Assembly (NCBI GenBank): GCA_040954595.2
Contig: CM082595.2
Location: forward strand, 5,854,137-5,918,136
DNA from: Balanoglossus misakiensis
Lineage: Eukaryota > Animalia > Hemichordata
Direction: 5' to 3'
Length of the DNA stretch: 64,000 nt
Shown here: positions 14,040 to 25,814 of the stretch, one piece after another
Position numbering within the stretch: the stretch's first letter is position 1
Layout: each line of letters starts with the position of its first letter
The notes under the pieces: generated by a model
Database searches by the model: none
Told to the model about the DNA's origin: nothing
Seen by the model: only the letters and a program-made list of their open reading frames with translations
Program-made: the position numbers and the translations under genes

Positions 14040-14729
14040 AGTTCAATTGTTGACCACATGTACAACTGAGTCTGAGAAGTAGTGTGGAAACGATGCAGCA
14101 ATGCCAATAAAATAAGGTCTTTCATTTCTTCTTTGTTAAATACTAAAACTGCATCCCATAGTTTAAGATTCTTCTCACAGAAACTTAAACAGAAATTCAA
14201 GTACACTTATATAAATGCAGATTGCACGTTCCATATAGGCATGCTCCCAACGCACGATTGTTACATCACGTACCCCATGATTCAAATTCTTTGCTTTGAA
14301 TACAGTCTGATAAAGAAAGTCTGACTTAGCTAGATTACGTAAACGTGACACATTTACTAACCCGACATGGGAACATGATAAACAGTTTATCACACAGCAT
14401 TGCCGCTTCGTTGGTTTGTCTTATTAAACTCGCAGGTTACATCAGACCCCATATGTCCTTCCAACCGAGCGTTATACAACCAGTTTCACTAGTCATGATA
14501 CGACCCAACGAAGCGGTTTCATTGCTGTGATAACTTTGTAATAGATTGTATGAATAAAAATGACCAAATACATACTGAGTGCATGCGGAAATTTCATTAG
14601 ATTTAAATAGATAAAGAAATGTCTTATTAACTCTCCATGATAGAATAATATTCTCCATGATAGGATATTATATCCGTATTTCCTTTCAAATGTCTACCAT
14701 ATTCAAGGGTAAGCAAACATTCAGAAATA

Positions 14730-14865
14730 CAGTCGAACCTCTCTTTAGTAGCCAGTAAAGGGACTTTCCTGAACTGGCCTTTATAGAGAGGTGACCTTTA
14801 TATACATGTAGACTGTAACAAAGTAGCCACTATATAGAGGTGACCGCTATATAAGGGTTTAACAG
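14730..14865. mobile_element. Tc1/mariner (pogo/Tigger-like) MITE, decayed
   Basis: Termini read TA|CAGTCGAACCTCTC ... AAGGGTTTAACAG|TA, an imperfect TIR with TA flanks. Internal subrepeats: tatagagaggtgacc and tatatagaggtgacc. Confidence 0.6.
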
Positions 14866-15360
14866 TATGTTTGCTGTTATTTTTCACCAGCTATTTTATT
14901 CCTGAAAGCAAGTACTGGCGTATGTCTTATAATTTGTCAAAACATATTTTTCCTGTGTATCTGCATGTACTTGTGCAACATTCATTTTACCATTTAATTT
15001 AGATCTCTCTCAATCGCCATGAATAATCATCAGAGGTTACCAATACCAGAAAATTGATGGTCTATTTGAGGATGTAACAAACAATTTTCAGTTCAGAACC
15101 CTTTGCAACCACATTCTATTTCCAACTGAAGGGACAAGAGGGTTATACGCATGCGCGTGATATTTTCAAAATAGTAGCTTGTTACTATTATTACATATGA
15201 GCTTATAATACCCACCACCAACAGTGAACCAACTATTCCTGGTTTTTTATCGCATACACCACAAATTTGCCACAATAAGCAAAATGCATTGAGTTGACTA
15301 TTTTGTTGAATGAGCAAATACCTTTAATAAAACAGACAGTAGTTGTGATGTTTGATTTAA

Positions 15361-15538
15361 AGGTATACAGTCACCTATTGAAAATTACCCACAGTTACCA
15401 TGGCAAATAGAGATCTAGCCAATCACACTGGGTGGCACACGCGAAAAAAAAGAGCGCCGCCATATGTTCTTTATAATGCACATATACGCCATTTCAGCCA
15501 TATATGGGCATATGTAAATTGGAGGTGACTGTATACCT
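15361..15538 (+). mobile_element. MITE family A (Kolobok-like, TTAA TSD), copy 1
   Basis: TTAA|AGGTATACAGTCACCT ... AGGTGACTGTATACCT|TTAA, a perfect 16-bp TIR. Internally homologous to the copies at 37290 and 41545. RR...YY termini with a TTAA TSD fit Kolobok rather than piggyBac (CC termini). Confidence 0.9.
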
Positions 15539-16586
15539 TTAATATAATATAATGTAAAGTGCATTGATTGGATTTGAGTGCAGGGAGAGAGAAAATACAA
15601 AATGTTAGCCAGAAATTTTGATGATCCATTTCCAATTTGCATTGAAATTGATCATTGTAATGGCACTGACCTCTGGTTGTAATAGTGATAACTCAGTGTG
15701 TGATAATGTTTGTAGAAAAAATAACAACTTTGGATACAGTGTATTTAGTCCTAGTAAACGCTTCATGTGAAAAATAAACATTAATCTTACAGATTCACAT
15801 TTATCATCCATGGTTAAATTGAATTTAATACAAAGGAAAAGAAAAATTGCATGATCTGATTTTTCTGTGTATGCTAATTTAGTATGTAATTGATTCTAAA
15901 GTGCTCTTCGAAACTAATTTTGTTTTGGTACAATTAAGCAGTGATTTTCACACATCAGTATTTGGGAAGTTCTAGAAGAGGTCTTTCTCGACAGCAATCC
16001 GGTTCTAGCAGGGAGTTTAGTCTGTACAAAGTGAGAGCAAGTCTCCCATGGGTACGAATATTGGCAATCCTATAGAGGATCAAATCTACCCCATTCACTG
16101 GTCTCATGTACACCTATTAGACGGCTTTGTCAAATTCCCATGAGGGAGTGTGGTTCACGGGTAATATGTGCAGTCTGTGTTCCTTATACTCAGAAAAATA
16201 ATTGACTTTCTTGCCTACTTTTGGCAGAGTAATTCACTTCAAAAAACACACTACGAAGTGTTCTAATTCAGTCAACGAGGTCTCTGTGTCTCTGCCCCCC
16301 CCTCCCCTGATTGTAATTTTGTGTGCGCATGCAGGTGGAAAATTATTTGATGAGTAGAAAGTGTCACAAGTTAATGTTCAGTCAGTCAATTTTCCTTTTG
16401 CCTATACCCCATAAGTGTAGGGAAAACTCAACTGTCTATGTATACACATTGACATTGATATTGCAGCCAATTTTTTAACTCTTAAAGCAGGTTCCATACA
16501 AGTTACCACACTGATCAACGGTTTATTTAGCTTCCTCGCCTCATGTTTGGGTGACCCAAGCCATAAACACCCAACCTTACACTAAA

Positions 16587-16773
16587 AGGGACGAAGTGTC
16601 TGTCTCGCTGCTCTTTTCTATTAATTATGTTTGATACAAGACACCGCTTATGTTACTCTACATGTGGATATATAGTGAATCAACGTTCGGCCACATACAA
16701 CTTCCATCATAAACGGTGTCTTGTATCAAACATGATTATAAAAAAGTGGCAGCGAGAGAGAGACTTTGTCCCT
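16587..16773. mobile_element. Foldback MITE with long (~65-70 bp) imperfect TIRs, TTAA-type flanks (family B)
   Basis: Left arm agggacgaagtgtctgtctcgctgc...atgtttgatacaagacaccgcttatg; right arm cataaacggtgtcttgtatcaaacat...gcagcgagagagagactttgtccct|TTAA. The left flank is TAAA. Confidence 0.85.
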
Positions 16774-18990
16774 TTAATATGAATGACATAATTTGATTTT
16801 TGAATCAACCTATTTTATGGGACTCTGAGACAGCTGGACTTTTAACCTAAAACTTTCCTAGTCTGTGTGTTTGGACATCTTTAGCGACCAGCCCTTCTCT
16901 GTAAATATAATATTCTTGTGTTAATTTAATATGTCCAGGTTGTTGCTGTTTGTTCAATTTAGATTTGAAATTTTAATTGAAAATTCCAAGATAAAACATC
17001 TTCGCAAAGACATCTAGAGTTACTTTGAAACGTGCCAAAGTGTCCCCATGGGGCGTCGTTTGTATTGCTATGGTGTAATGTGGAGTATTCTAATTTATGG
17101 TGGAACATTAATATAGTACCGTATATGTGTTTATAATTGAGTTCGTGGACGACAATGCAAAGCAAAATTGGGAGCGCGGCATGCAGCGAACAAAGTCATT
17201 TTGTTAATAGAACAAAAAGCACATTTTTGAATGTAAAAGTACACTACATGATATTACGTTATTCTGTGTTCACAAATATTTACACTCGCCGAACGAGCGC
17301 TGTGTGCTATATATAAGTTACAGGTGATATTACACAGTATTGTGAGTGGAGTTCTGGTCATTCGGTGTTAGCTTCAGCTGACCCGAACTACTTTTTCCGG
17401 AAGGCCTGGTCACCTAAAATTATACATGATTTATTTTCAGTAAAGCATCTGGTTTTCTGGTCGCTGCGTTGCTTGTTCTAGAATCTCAACCATTCCATTT
17501 ACACGGAAATTTTAAACACGAATATTAGACTCAGTACATTGAAGAAATGCTGAGATTCATCAACTTAAAAAAATAGTCCCATGACCCCACTGTTTAAAAA
17601 AGATATTTTTCCAGTCACTGTCTGTTTAGAATGTATAAAAACTGGCAATGGAGATTTTTGCAATAGTCTGTATTAGTAATAATGAGATAAACAGCTGAAT
17701 GAAAATAATTGGACCACAGTGGCTCTGCGAATACACCTTCTGTACAATAACATCAAGTAAATATATGGAGCATGGCCTTATTTCTGCAACTAATTTAGTT
17801 GTAATTTATATAGGCCTATAATATTCAGAAAGTTCATCTTGAAGACCTATTGATATTTAAAGTTTTGATATCATGCCCTTTTATCAGAGAAATGACCTTT
17901 GACTGACATGAGTGTACGCTCAGGATTGGAGAAGTTGACACTAGGTATTTGTTACAATATTTTGTGTGCAAAATCCATCTTAACATGTATATGTCTGTCT
18001 GTTTTAACATTTTGTTCTGTTAACACTGGTGGGTTCAGGAATACTCGATTCGTGTCCTATGAAGTGGTTTTATCTGTGGTAATGTCCCTATGTTTTATCA
18101 TTTTCAACCTCAAGCCCTGGTGACAGTTTGGTACAGGGGAGGAAACAAAGGCAGAGATCGATTTCAGTCGTCCATGAACTGTTTGTGTTTCTTTATCTGT
18201 CTGCTTTGTAACTCCTGATATTTATGCATCGAGCATATCCTCGCGCATTGTACATTGGAATTTTTAGCAGTTGATGGCACTAATACAATGCAAGTGCTAT
18301 AAATATCACTAAATGTCTGTTTCTGCTTTCATTATACTTTGCGTCACCTTCCAGTTAAATGAAAATTGCCTCCAAAAATAGAAACCCAATCACGCAGGTC
18401 ATAAAGGTATCGGTAATTTTTGTCTGAACATTGATGGTTGACGTTCGTGTGATGGCAAAATGTGCGTGGTGGACGTGTGCGGCGGGCCAGTGATCGTATG
18501 CAAATGAGGAGCATTATTCCGTGGTCGGTATAGATCGACAGATATCATACAGCCTGGGCGCCGAATGTTGTCAACAACTGCAGCCTGCGTGGGTTTCATT
18601 TGCCACATTTGAGGTCGCATCACGGTAGAGACCACTGACCCGCGAATTCTCGGTTTCATAAGTCACCTAAGTCTACAGTTGGATTAACTGCATGGGAAAT
18701 ACAAGAATCGGTAATCTTACCAGTAAGTATGGTATACTCTCAGTTTGTTAACAAGGTGATCTGGTGTATTGTCAGTTGTCATCACTGCCCCAAAGCAAGT
18801 ACTGCGAGATGCGACTTCATTTAGTGATGCGTATTAGGCAATTGCCTGACTAATGTGAATTACCATAAAATATATATTTAATATTTCAAATATTTTATTT
18901 GCGAAATGTTATAATCTATATTCGAAGGTTAATCAAATATGTAGTCTAAATTAGATGGCGCAGTGTCTGTCAGTTTTTTTTTCTTTCTAG

Positions 18991-19009
18991 CCGAGCCAGT
19001 TTCTAACAA
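18991..19009 (+). other. Candidate 19-nt microexon
   Basis: Strong polypyrimidine acceptor ttttttttctttctAG, then CCGAGCCAGTTTCTAACAA, then donor GTAAGC. No transcript evidence. Confidence 0.2.
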
Positions 19010-19967
19010 GTAAGCTTAGCTGATACGGATCAAATAATGTTTGACAATTTTTATTTTTATTGCCTAAATATATCTTTTCAGTGACGACGTTAGTCGTTTA
19101 CCACAATATTTTATGGCTAAGCTGAAAGATATTGATCTTGTTATTACTAAAGGTGAATAAACAAGTAACTGGTGTAAGGTCATTCCACGAGTTGTCAAAG
19201 TAATGCGAACTTTTTAATATTTAAGCTTCGTCATTGATATTATTCATTTGGGATAGGAAATATGCATTATCTGTTTATATCACGGTTACTGCATTTGTCC
19301 TAGATTAGACATTGACCTCTGTCTAAAGTTAACTTGAAGTACTATCAATGCGAAAAAGAAACCTAATTAATTTCTTGTTCCAACACACTCTAGGAATAAT
19401 ACTCCAATGCCCTTTGTAGCCATGAAGTACCAGTATGTATAGAACTTGTCAGCGACCTGTTAGGTTTAATTCGGGTTATATTAGAAATTTATAACTTGTA
19501 TCTACAGAAAGAAGCCGCCACAAATGAATTATCTGTGGTTGAAGTGTTTCATCACTGTAAATTTTTTTAGTGACCCTTTTCTGGTTTCAGTCACGTGATT
19601 TATTTAGAGATAAAATGCGTTAGCACTTCGGGTGTACTTTATGGGCATTTGCATGTGGGTGCACGTATGTGTAAATGTAATGTACATTTGATTTTTTGTA
19701 TGTTAATCGTTTCTGTTCTATTAAGAGAACTCGGTCTGTACTTGGGTTCGTTTGTATGTATGTATGCTTGACGCTTGACTGCGTTAATTCGCTGTCGATT
19801 TCATTTTCCTGCGGATTCGTGATCTGATGATGCGATACGCGCTTGCGACAGAGAGGCATGTAGCGGAAGAGTTTGAGACGACGCAATGTCCTGTTTTTAT
19901 CTTTCTGGGTGACAATGAATTCTGTTCTCCCGATTAGCACTTTCCCATCACTGGAACAGAACTGTGC

Positions 19968-20003
19968 AAATCCCCCTCCCACAGAAATCAAATGGTTCTC
20001 CCC
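19968..20003. mobile_element. Solo right end of a PIF/Harbinger-like MITE
   Basis: cccctcccacagaaatcaaatggttctcccc is the reverse complement of the left end at 55201 (ggggagaaccatttgatttc...gaggggg). Confidence 0.6.
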
Positions 20004-21516
20004 TCATATGCTGATATTCAATTCGTAACAGATTTAACAAATGTACTTTTGTGACTTGATACTATAAAACCAGACTTTTCGTTAGGATGGGTATGTTGTT
20101 ATGTCAGCAATAGTGAAATTTAATGAAATAATGCTAGTTTGGCCCTTTCGTATATGAAACATAACAGGTTGCTTTCAATAATACATTACAAAGATTGTAA
20201 ATATTGATAAGGTGATGTTAATCTTCACAGGGTTCAATAATTGAAGGCTTCTGTGTCTATTGAATATAATGCAACTTAAGGATACAACCATACGAAGACA
20301 TGCTTTTATATATATAGTGGTCTTGAACAGAAGGTACCAGTCTGGCAAATATGTTTTTTCAAATAATGAAGAGATTCTAATTTCAGACAGTGGTCTAATA
20401 TTTCGAGCTAGCAGACTTTATCAAAATGTTTTTTTTTTGAACGGGTGCGTGCTATGCATCCGATTTTGCTGTACGTGGTCGTTGTCATGCATGGATATTT
20501 AGTGACAGGGGGCGCTTGTCATAATAATTTCAGCTATGGGTTGTGTGCAAACACGTTTCTGCAGGCATCGGTGTGCACATGCGTAGATCCCAAGTTTTAG
20601 GAGTTGGTTGGATTTATCTCGAGTCGTTAGGTTAAATCGCTAGGTAGAAATTGTGCCTAAATTTTCACACCTGATTGTGCGAAGTTGAAAGCCGATGTTT
20701 CGGATCGATGAATAAAAAAATTTGAAGTGGTTGTAGAGAAGTCCTAAGGAAGTTAGAGTAGTGTATCCAGGAAATGACGCAGCGCAAATAATGTTCCTGA
20801 GAAGTCAGGAATGGCATGGCCCCTTCAGTGTACGTTTATCTATGAGATATTAACCAGTTGTACTTTGACGGTCCATCATAACACACAAAATTGCCCGGAT
20901 CCTGCTTGCAATGAGTGGTTTAGTCGGCCGGACGTTTTGTCAGGGAAGCATGTGGCAGAGTGAGAAATGAAAAAACGCCCAATAGTGCTTCCGTCAAGGC
21001 TTTCCTTCAATTTGACATGGTTTGTCAACTTCACGCGACTGAAGTTTCATTATATTGCCTTACTGGAAATTATCGCGCCATAAAACATCAGCGAATGCTT
21101 GAATGGACAACACGTGATGGAAGGCTGAAAGGGGGAGGTCAGGATGAGAGATAATCACTGAGAAGTTTCAGCGGAAACATAGTGGATTAGTGTCGGTTTT
21201 GCACAAACAGATCTTCCGAGGAAACGCTCTCTAAATTGCTCAGAACACCAACGCGTCATTCACCCAAATGGTAGGCGATAAGTTTGCCAAGGTCAACATA
21301 TTGACACGGTGGTAGGTTAGTTCTTAGTAAATGACCGATACAAAAGCAGTCTTCCTTTGTAAATTATTTAGAGTGTTTTGCATTTAAAATTATCTACGGG
21401 GACACATAAGGGTTATTTGCTACCACATCAAACAAAATAGGCCCGGGAGTATTCGCCTAAGATGCTTCTGAGCGTAATATATTTTTCTCCATATTAAGAC
21501 CATTAATTTTACTGTG

Positions 21517-21560
21517 TATTTATTATTTTTTTTCTATTTATTTATTTATTTATTATTTTT

Positions 21561-21595
<35 letters not shown>
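21517..21595. repeat. (TTTA)n microsatellite
   Basis: Direct reading of imperfect tttatttattta runs. Confidence 0.93.
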
Positions 21596-24500
21596 TACTT
21601 ACTAAATTTAACGCAATACTCAATTGTAATGCAATACTCAATTGACTAAACAGTGGGCCAAAACAAAAAGGTAGCGTATATTCCTCTGTGCAACGCAGTT
21701 CACTCCAATGTTTGCTTAGCGATCTTCTGGTGTCGGAGTTTGTCAACCGCGAAGGTCCAATGATTCTGTCACGGCAGCACAATCAATCTTGGCGAGAAAT
21801 TGGAAAGGTCTATTATATGACGTTCCAGTCCCTGTTAATGACTACAAACACTTCAAAGCAGTTTTAATCAGCGAATACATTTGTTCGTTGTCTCCGCCTC
21901 ATTTCATTGCTTTCATTCTCGTCAAAGTCAAATATCATGGTATTCCCTGGTGAGCCGCTGGCATATTAGTGTTTTGTTTACTGGTCCGGGCGACGCCAAC
22001 TCCTCTGTTTGTGTGTAATTGTTGGTCCCACTCACCAGCCGTTGTTCTCGTCTGTTCTGGAAGGCCATATCTGGCGTGTCAGTACGTGTCTGTTAGAAAC
22101 AGCCATATTGGATACTTTCTCTCGTGAAAACAACACTCTTTTCAAATTACGGTGATATCAAGTGGTGTTTCAACAGTCACAATCGTGGTAAGTCAGACTT
22201 TGCATATAGTTTACCTAGACTTACAACGTTTAACCAGATCTCGTGTCTAATATCAAAGGCAGCTTAACCACCATTGTTTTTGTCACGTGTCGTAGACTTA
22301 ACGCTAGTGCTTAAATATCGATATTTCAGTTTTGTGTACAATCTTGCTTTATGAGAAAACTAAATGTCATGATCAGAAGAAGTTAGGCAACCCGGCAGTA
22401 AAAATATGACATATTGATTTGATATGATATATAGAATTTTGATAACACGTTTATTTACATTTGTGGTTATTGCCTAGTGGCGATCCAGAGATGTTTACAT
22501 GCAGTTCGCACTGACTGATATAAGGGGGGTTTACTAACAGTAGGACCTAATCGTTCCTTCAAGCAATTCCATGACAATAGCTCCATTTAGAGCACATCCT
22601 TCCGATAGTGGCGATTAGCTGAACGGTGGAACGACACAATTTCCGGATTTCCTTCAAAACCGAGTAAAAAGTCTTGAAAACGAAAATTGCTTCGTGCCGA
22701 TATCAATTATAGATAGTTATTCAATTAGCGTGGCCTCGTCTGGGATTTATGTTTGATTCTGGATTTCAAAGCCAGTCGCCATATACACTGAAAAACGAAA
22801 ATGTTGTATGAACAGATTCTTTCACTTTTAAAACGATTTCGCCTCCATTTGTGCAAGACTATTTTTCATGCAATAATGAATGTAATCATGAATTATCCAT
22901 TATATCCGGAAACTCTGAACACTGCCACACAAAAAAATCGTTCTAAGCACATCAGTGTCCCTGAGGGCGACTGTAAAGTGCCATCTGTTTGATCGCAGTA
23001 TCATTGAAGCGCCTAGTTTCCATAGAATGTGTTGTATGCGTAAACAGTGGTTGCAATTGCGCCATATGCTGCAAAGCGGGTACTCGTTTAGAAAAACAAC
23101 ACTGCATTGATACGAGGGAATCTCTAACATTGGTGAGAGAGATCCATAGTTGGTGGTTGTTGGGAAACAGAAACGCCTTATGCCTACATGATGTTGCACA
23201 GTGCACAATGGGACGGTTCTGGTGTCAGCGACTAGGAGCCTATTGACTTCTTCTCTGAAACAACTATTCATGCAGCTTTGATGTACAGTATACAGGCCAC
23301 CAGGCCTGATCCTGGTAAGATTTGTTCAAATTGTGAAACGTTCATATCGTTTATTTTTGAGAACTTTTGCCAGGTTTAGTAAAAATTCATATCTGTAACC
23401 TGTTGTCTGATCACTTTGATATTAGGTATAAGGTTACTAGAGGTGAACTTAGTCAAATTTTAGTAATATGCACACAATGGAATTAGGGGCATTTCTTGGA
23501 ATTAATTTAGTATCTTATTTTTTATGCAATTGCAGTATTCATGTTTCCAGTTAGGTGTGTATGCAAGGTGCATATCCTCAATGTTTGCTGGAATGAACAC
23601 TACCTCAGAAATAAATACCTCAGCAATCTATTTTAGATAACAGTCAAATCTGGTGATGTTTTCTTATTGTCAAATAGTGAAAGAACCCCAATGACTGATT
23701 GATGAATTGATTGTTCCATTCTTTGTTGTCAAACTAAGTACTCATTTTCCAATACAAAGGAACCTGTAACGAGAGTCCCGTATTAATGGCGATATCTTTC
23801 CCTTTTCAGGGGTCTCTTGGGTAAAGCGGAGTCATTTTAAAACCATGTTTGCGCTAGAAGTAAGCTTCCTTGATTAAAATTTGCGCGAAATACTTTTGAA
23901 TCACGGAACTTGGGGGAATACCACTAGGGATTTAAAATCACACTGGCGTCAAGCGACTCCCATTTTTGAATGTTTTCTCACATCTCACCGACAAATCAAA
24001 GCCCAATCTTTCTATTCCCCTAATCCGGGATTAACAATAATTGGATTTAAGAAGTTGGTTTAAGAAAGCAAAAGTTAATATTCTGTTAGAATGGGAAGCG
24101 TGCTGAAATAAAACCAATAATATAAGAACAGCAAGTCGGAGTATACCACTGTGAGATCTTATTAAGTCTGTGAAGCACTGTCACGGAATTAATCTGTGTT
24201 TTTTGAAAGTAAAAGGTCTGAGATCCCTGGAAGGATTAGCTGAACACTTCATTCAAGTGCATTTTGATTAAGTGTGCCTTACAATCATGCAGTGATTAAC
24301 ACTGCGACTTGGCAATCTTGTCCGGCGTTTATTTTTCCTCTTAAATAAGCCATTCTTGAGAGTAGAATGTTTGTAGAATCCGATATTACAGGAACTACTT
24401 TCAGTGTACCTTGAGGCTTAGCTGAGTACACATTGCAATTCTAATCGTTAGGACTCTCTTAAAGTTTAAACGGTAAAAAAGAATTAACATCAACGCATGG

Positions 24501-25717
24501 GCCCAAATGAACTAACTTTTGAAATCGCAAAATGATTCTTCATGAGGTCAGTCAATGCAGGCACACTTGATGAGGGCAATGTGCTATGACAAGTTGCCAT
24601 GAGATGCGTGTGTTCAAATCACTAGACTTCAAACTTTCACCCAATCAGCAGAAAATCTTTTTTTTCCGTTGACGCCATCTTTGACAAAAGAGTTCACCTT
24701 GGCTGTCTGTGGCGAGACGAAGTAACGAACAAACCCACTGCCAGCTAACTTCACTTTACTGCGTGTCGTCCAACCGTTGAGGGCACATGTACATCGATGA
24801 ATCTGGCAAGTGTGTAGTTTAGCATCCTGTTCAGTTACCCTGGATATTCCACCACTGTTTACATTTCAACCACTTTGTTATTATTGTAAAACAGCTATCG
24901 ACCAAGCTGACTGCTGTTTTGAGATAATGTTGTTTATATTCAGTCTATGTTGGTGAATGTGGTGTGGTGCGGCCAGGGACAAATGACACCCATTTAAAAA
25001 CACACTCACAATAGTGGGTAGATTTAAAGACGTTAAATCAAATGGAAGCCACTTTTGAACTCAGTCTGTGTGTGAATATATGTTGAATATATGACAATAG
25101 TAATTGCCCCTACATTTTGGCAAGTAGAAAATTCCCTCGGTGTCAAATTCAGTTCAGGTAATACCTATGTATTAGTGTTGAAGACAACATTCGCCGCTGT
25201 TGATTTCGGGTGTTAGCTCGGATAGAATGTGTGAAACCATGGGAAATTATTCAATTCAATCTTAATTAAATGTGTCAGACAAGAGCTGAAATGTTTAATA
25301 CGCACTACTGAAATTGAATTTAATTCCGGACAGGATATCGATATATTTCTCCCTCGTCATGTACTATTGAAACTCACAGTCTTATCGCGTAGACCGGCTA
25401 TATTGATGTAACATCACGTGGATAACTCGTATCAATCTACATCGTGTCTTGTATTGAGTATGGAATTATCAAAAACGCATTAACATAGGCTAGCGGATAG
25501 CCGGTCGCGTATTTAAGATGCGTGGGAGTGTGTTTTACGACCATCGAAACCACGTCTGCTGATATGGCACGAGAGAGCGCCAGCATGATGCAGTCACTTT
25601 GAGTTCGCTCTTCGCTTCGAACATACCTGATGTGGGAGCCTCCATTCTGCAGTGTCATTTTGTTCGAGCGGTAACGGCAAAGTGTGCAGACGATAAGGCC
25701 GACGCGCGCCAATTTTC

Positions 25718-25814
25718 ATGTCATGGGCGGTTACATTCGAAAAGATATTAAGAAGGTCCGCGCAAGGAACGCGCCGAATTGACTTCTTCTGTCACCAGTT
25801 CGCAGCCAGCTCAA
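25718..25814 (+). other. Candidate first coding exon (MSWAVTFEKILRRSAQGTRRIDFFCHQFAASS-, phase 1) in a CpG-rich patch
   Basis: An ATG at 25718 is open for 32 codons + 1 nt up to the donor CAA|GTAAGC at 25815. It sits in a locally CpG-rich stretch (~25390-26000). The peptide is not recognised. Confidence 0.25.

Noticed and set aside
20501-20518. CTCF-like GACAGGGGGCGCT (also partial at ~58405)
   Set aside because: Only partial matches to the consensus, at a frequency expected in 64 kb.
21517-21860. (TTTA)n as the tail of a second LINE, with a nearby RDWN peptide
   Set aside because: The frame stops right after RDWNVI and lacks the LP...FK motif; treated as a plain microsatellite.
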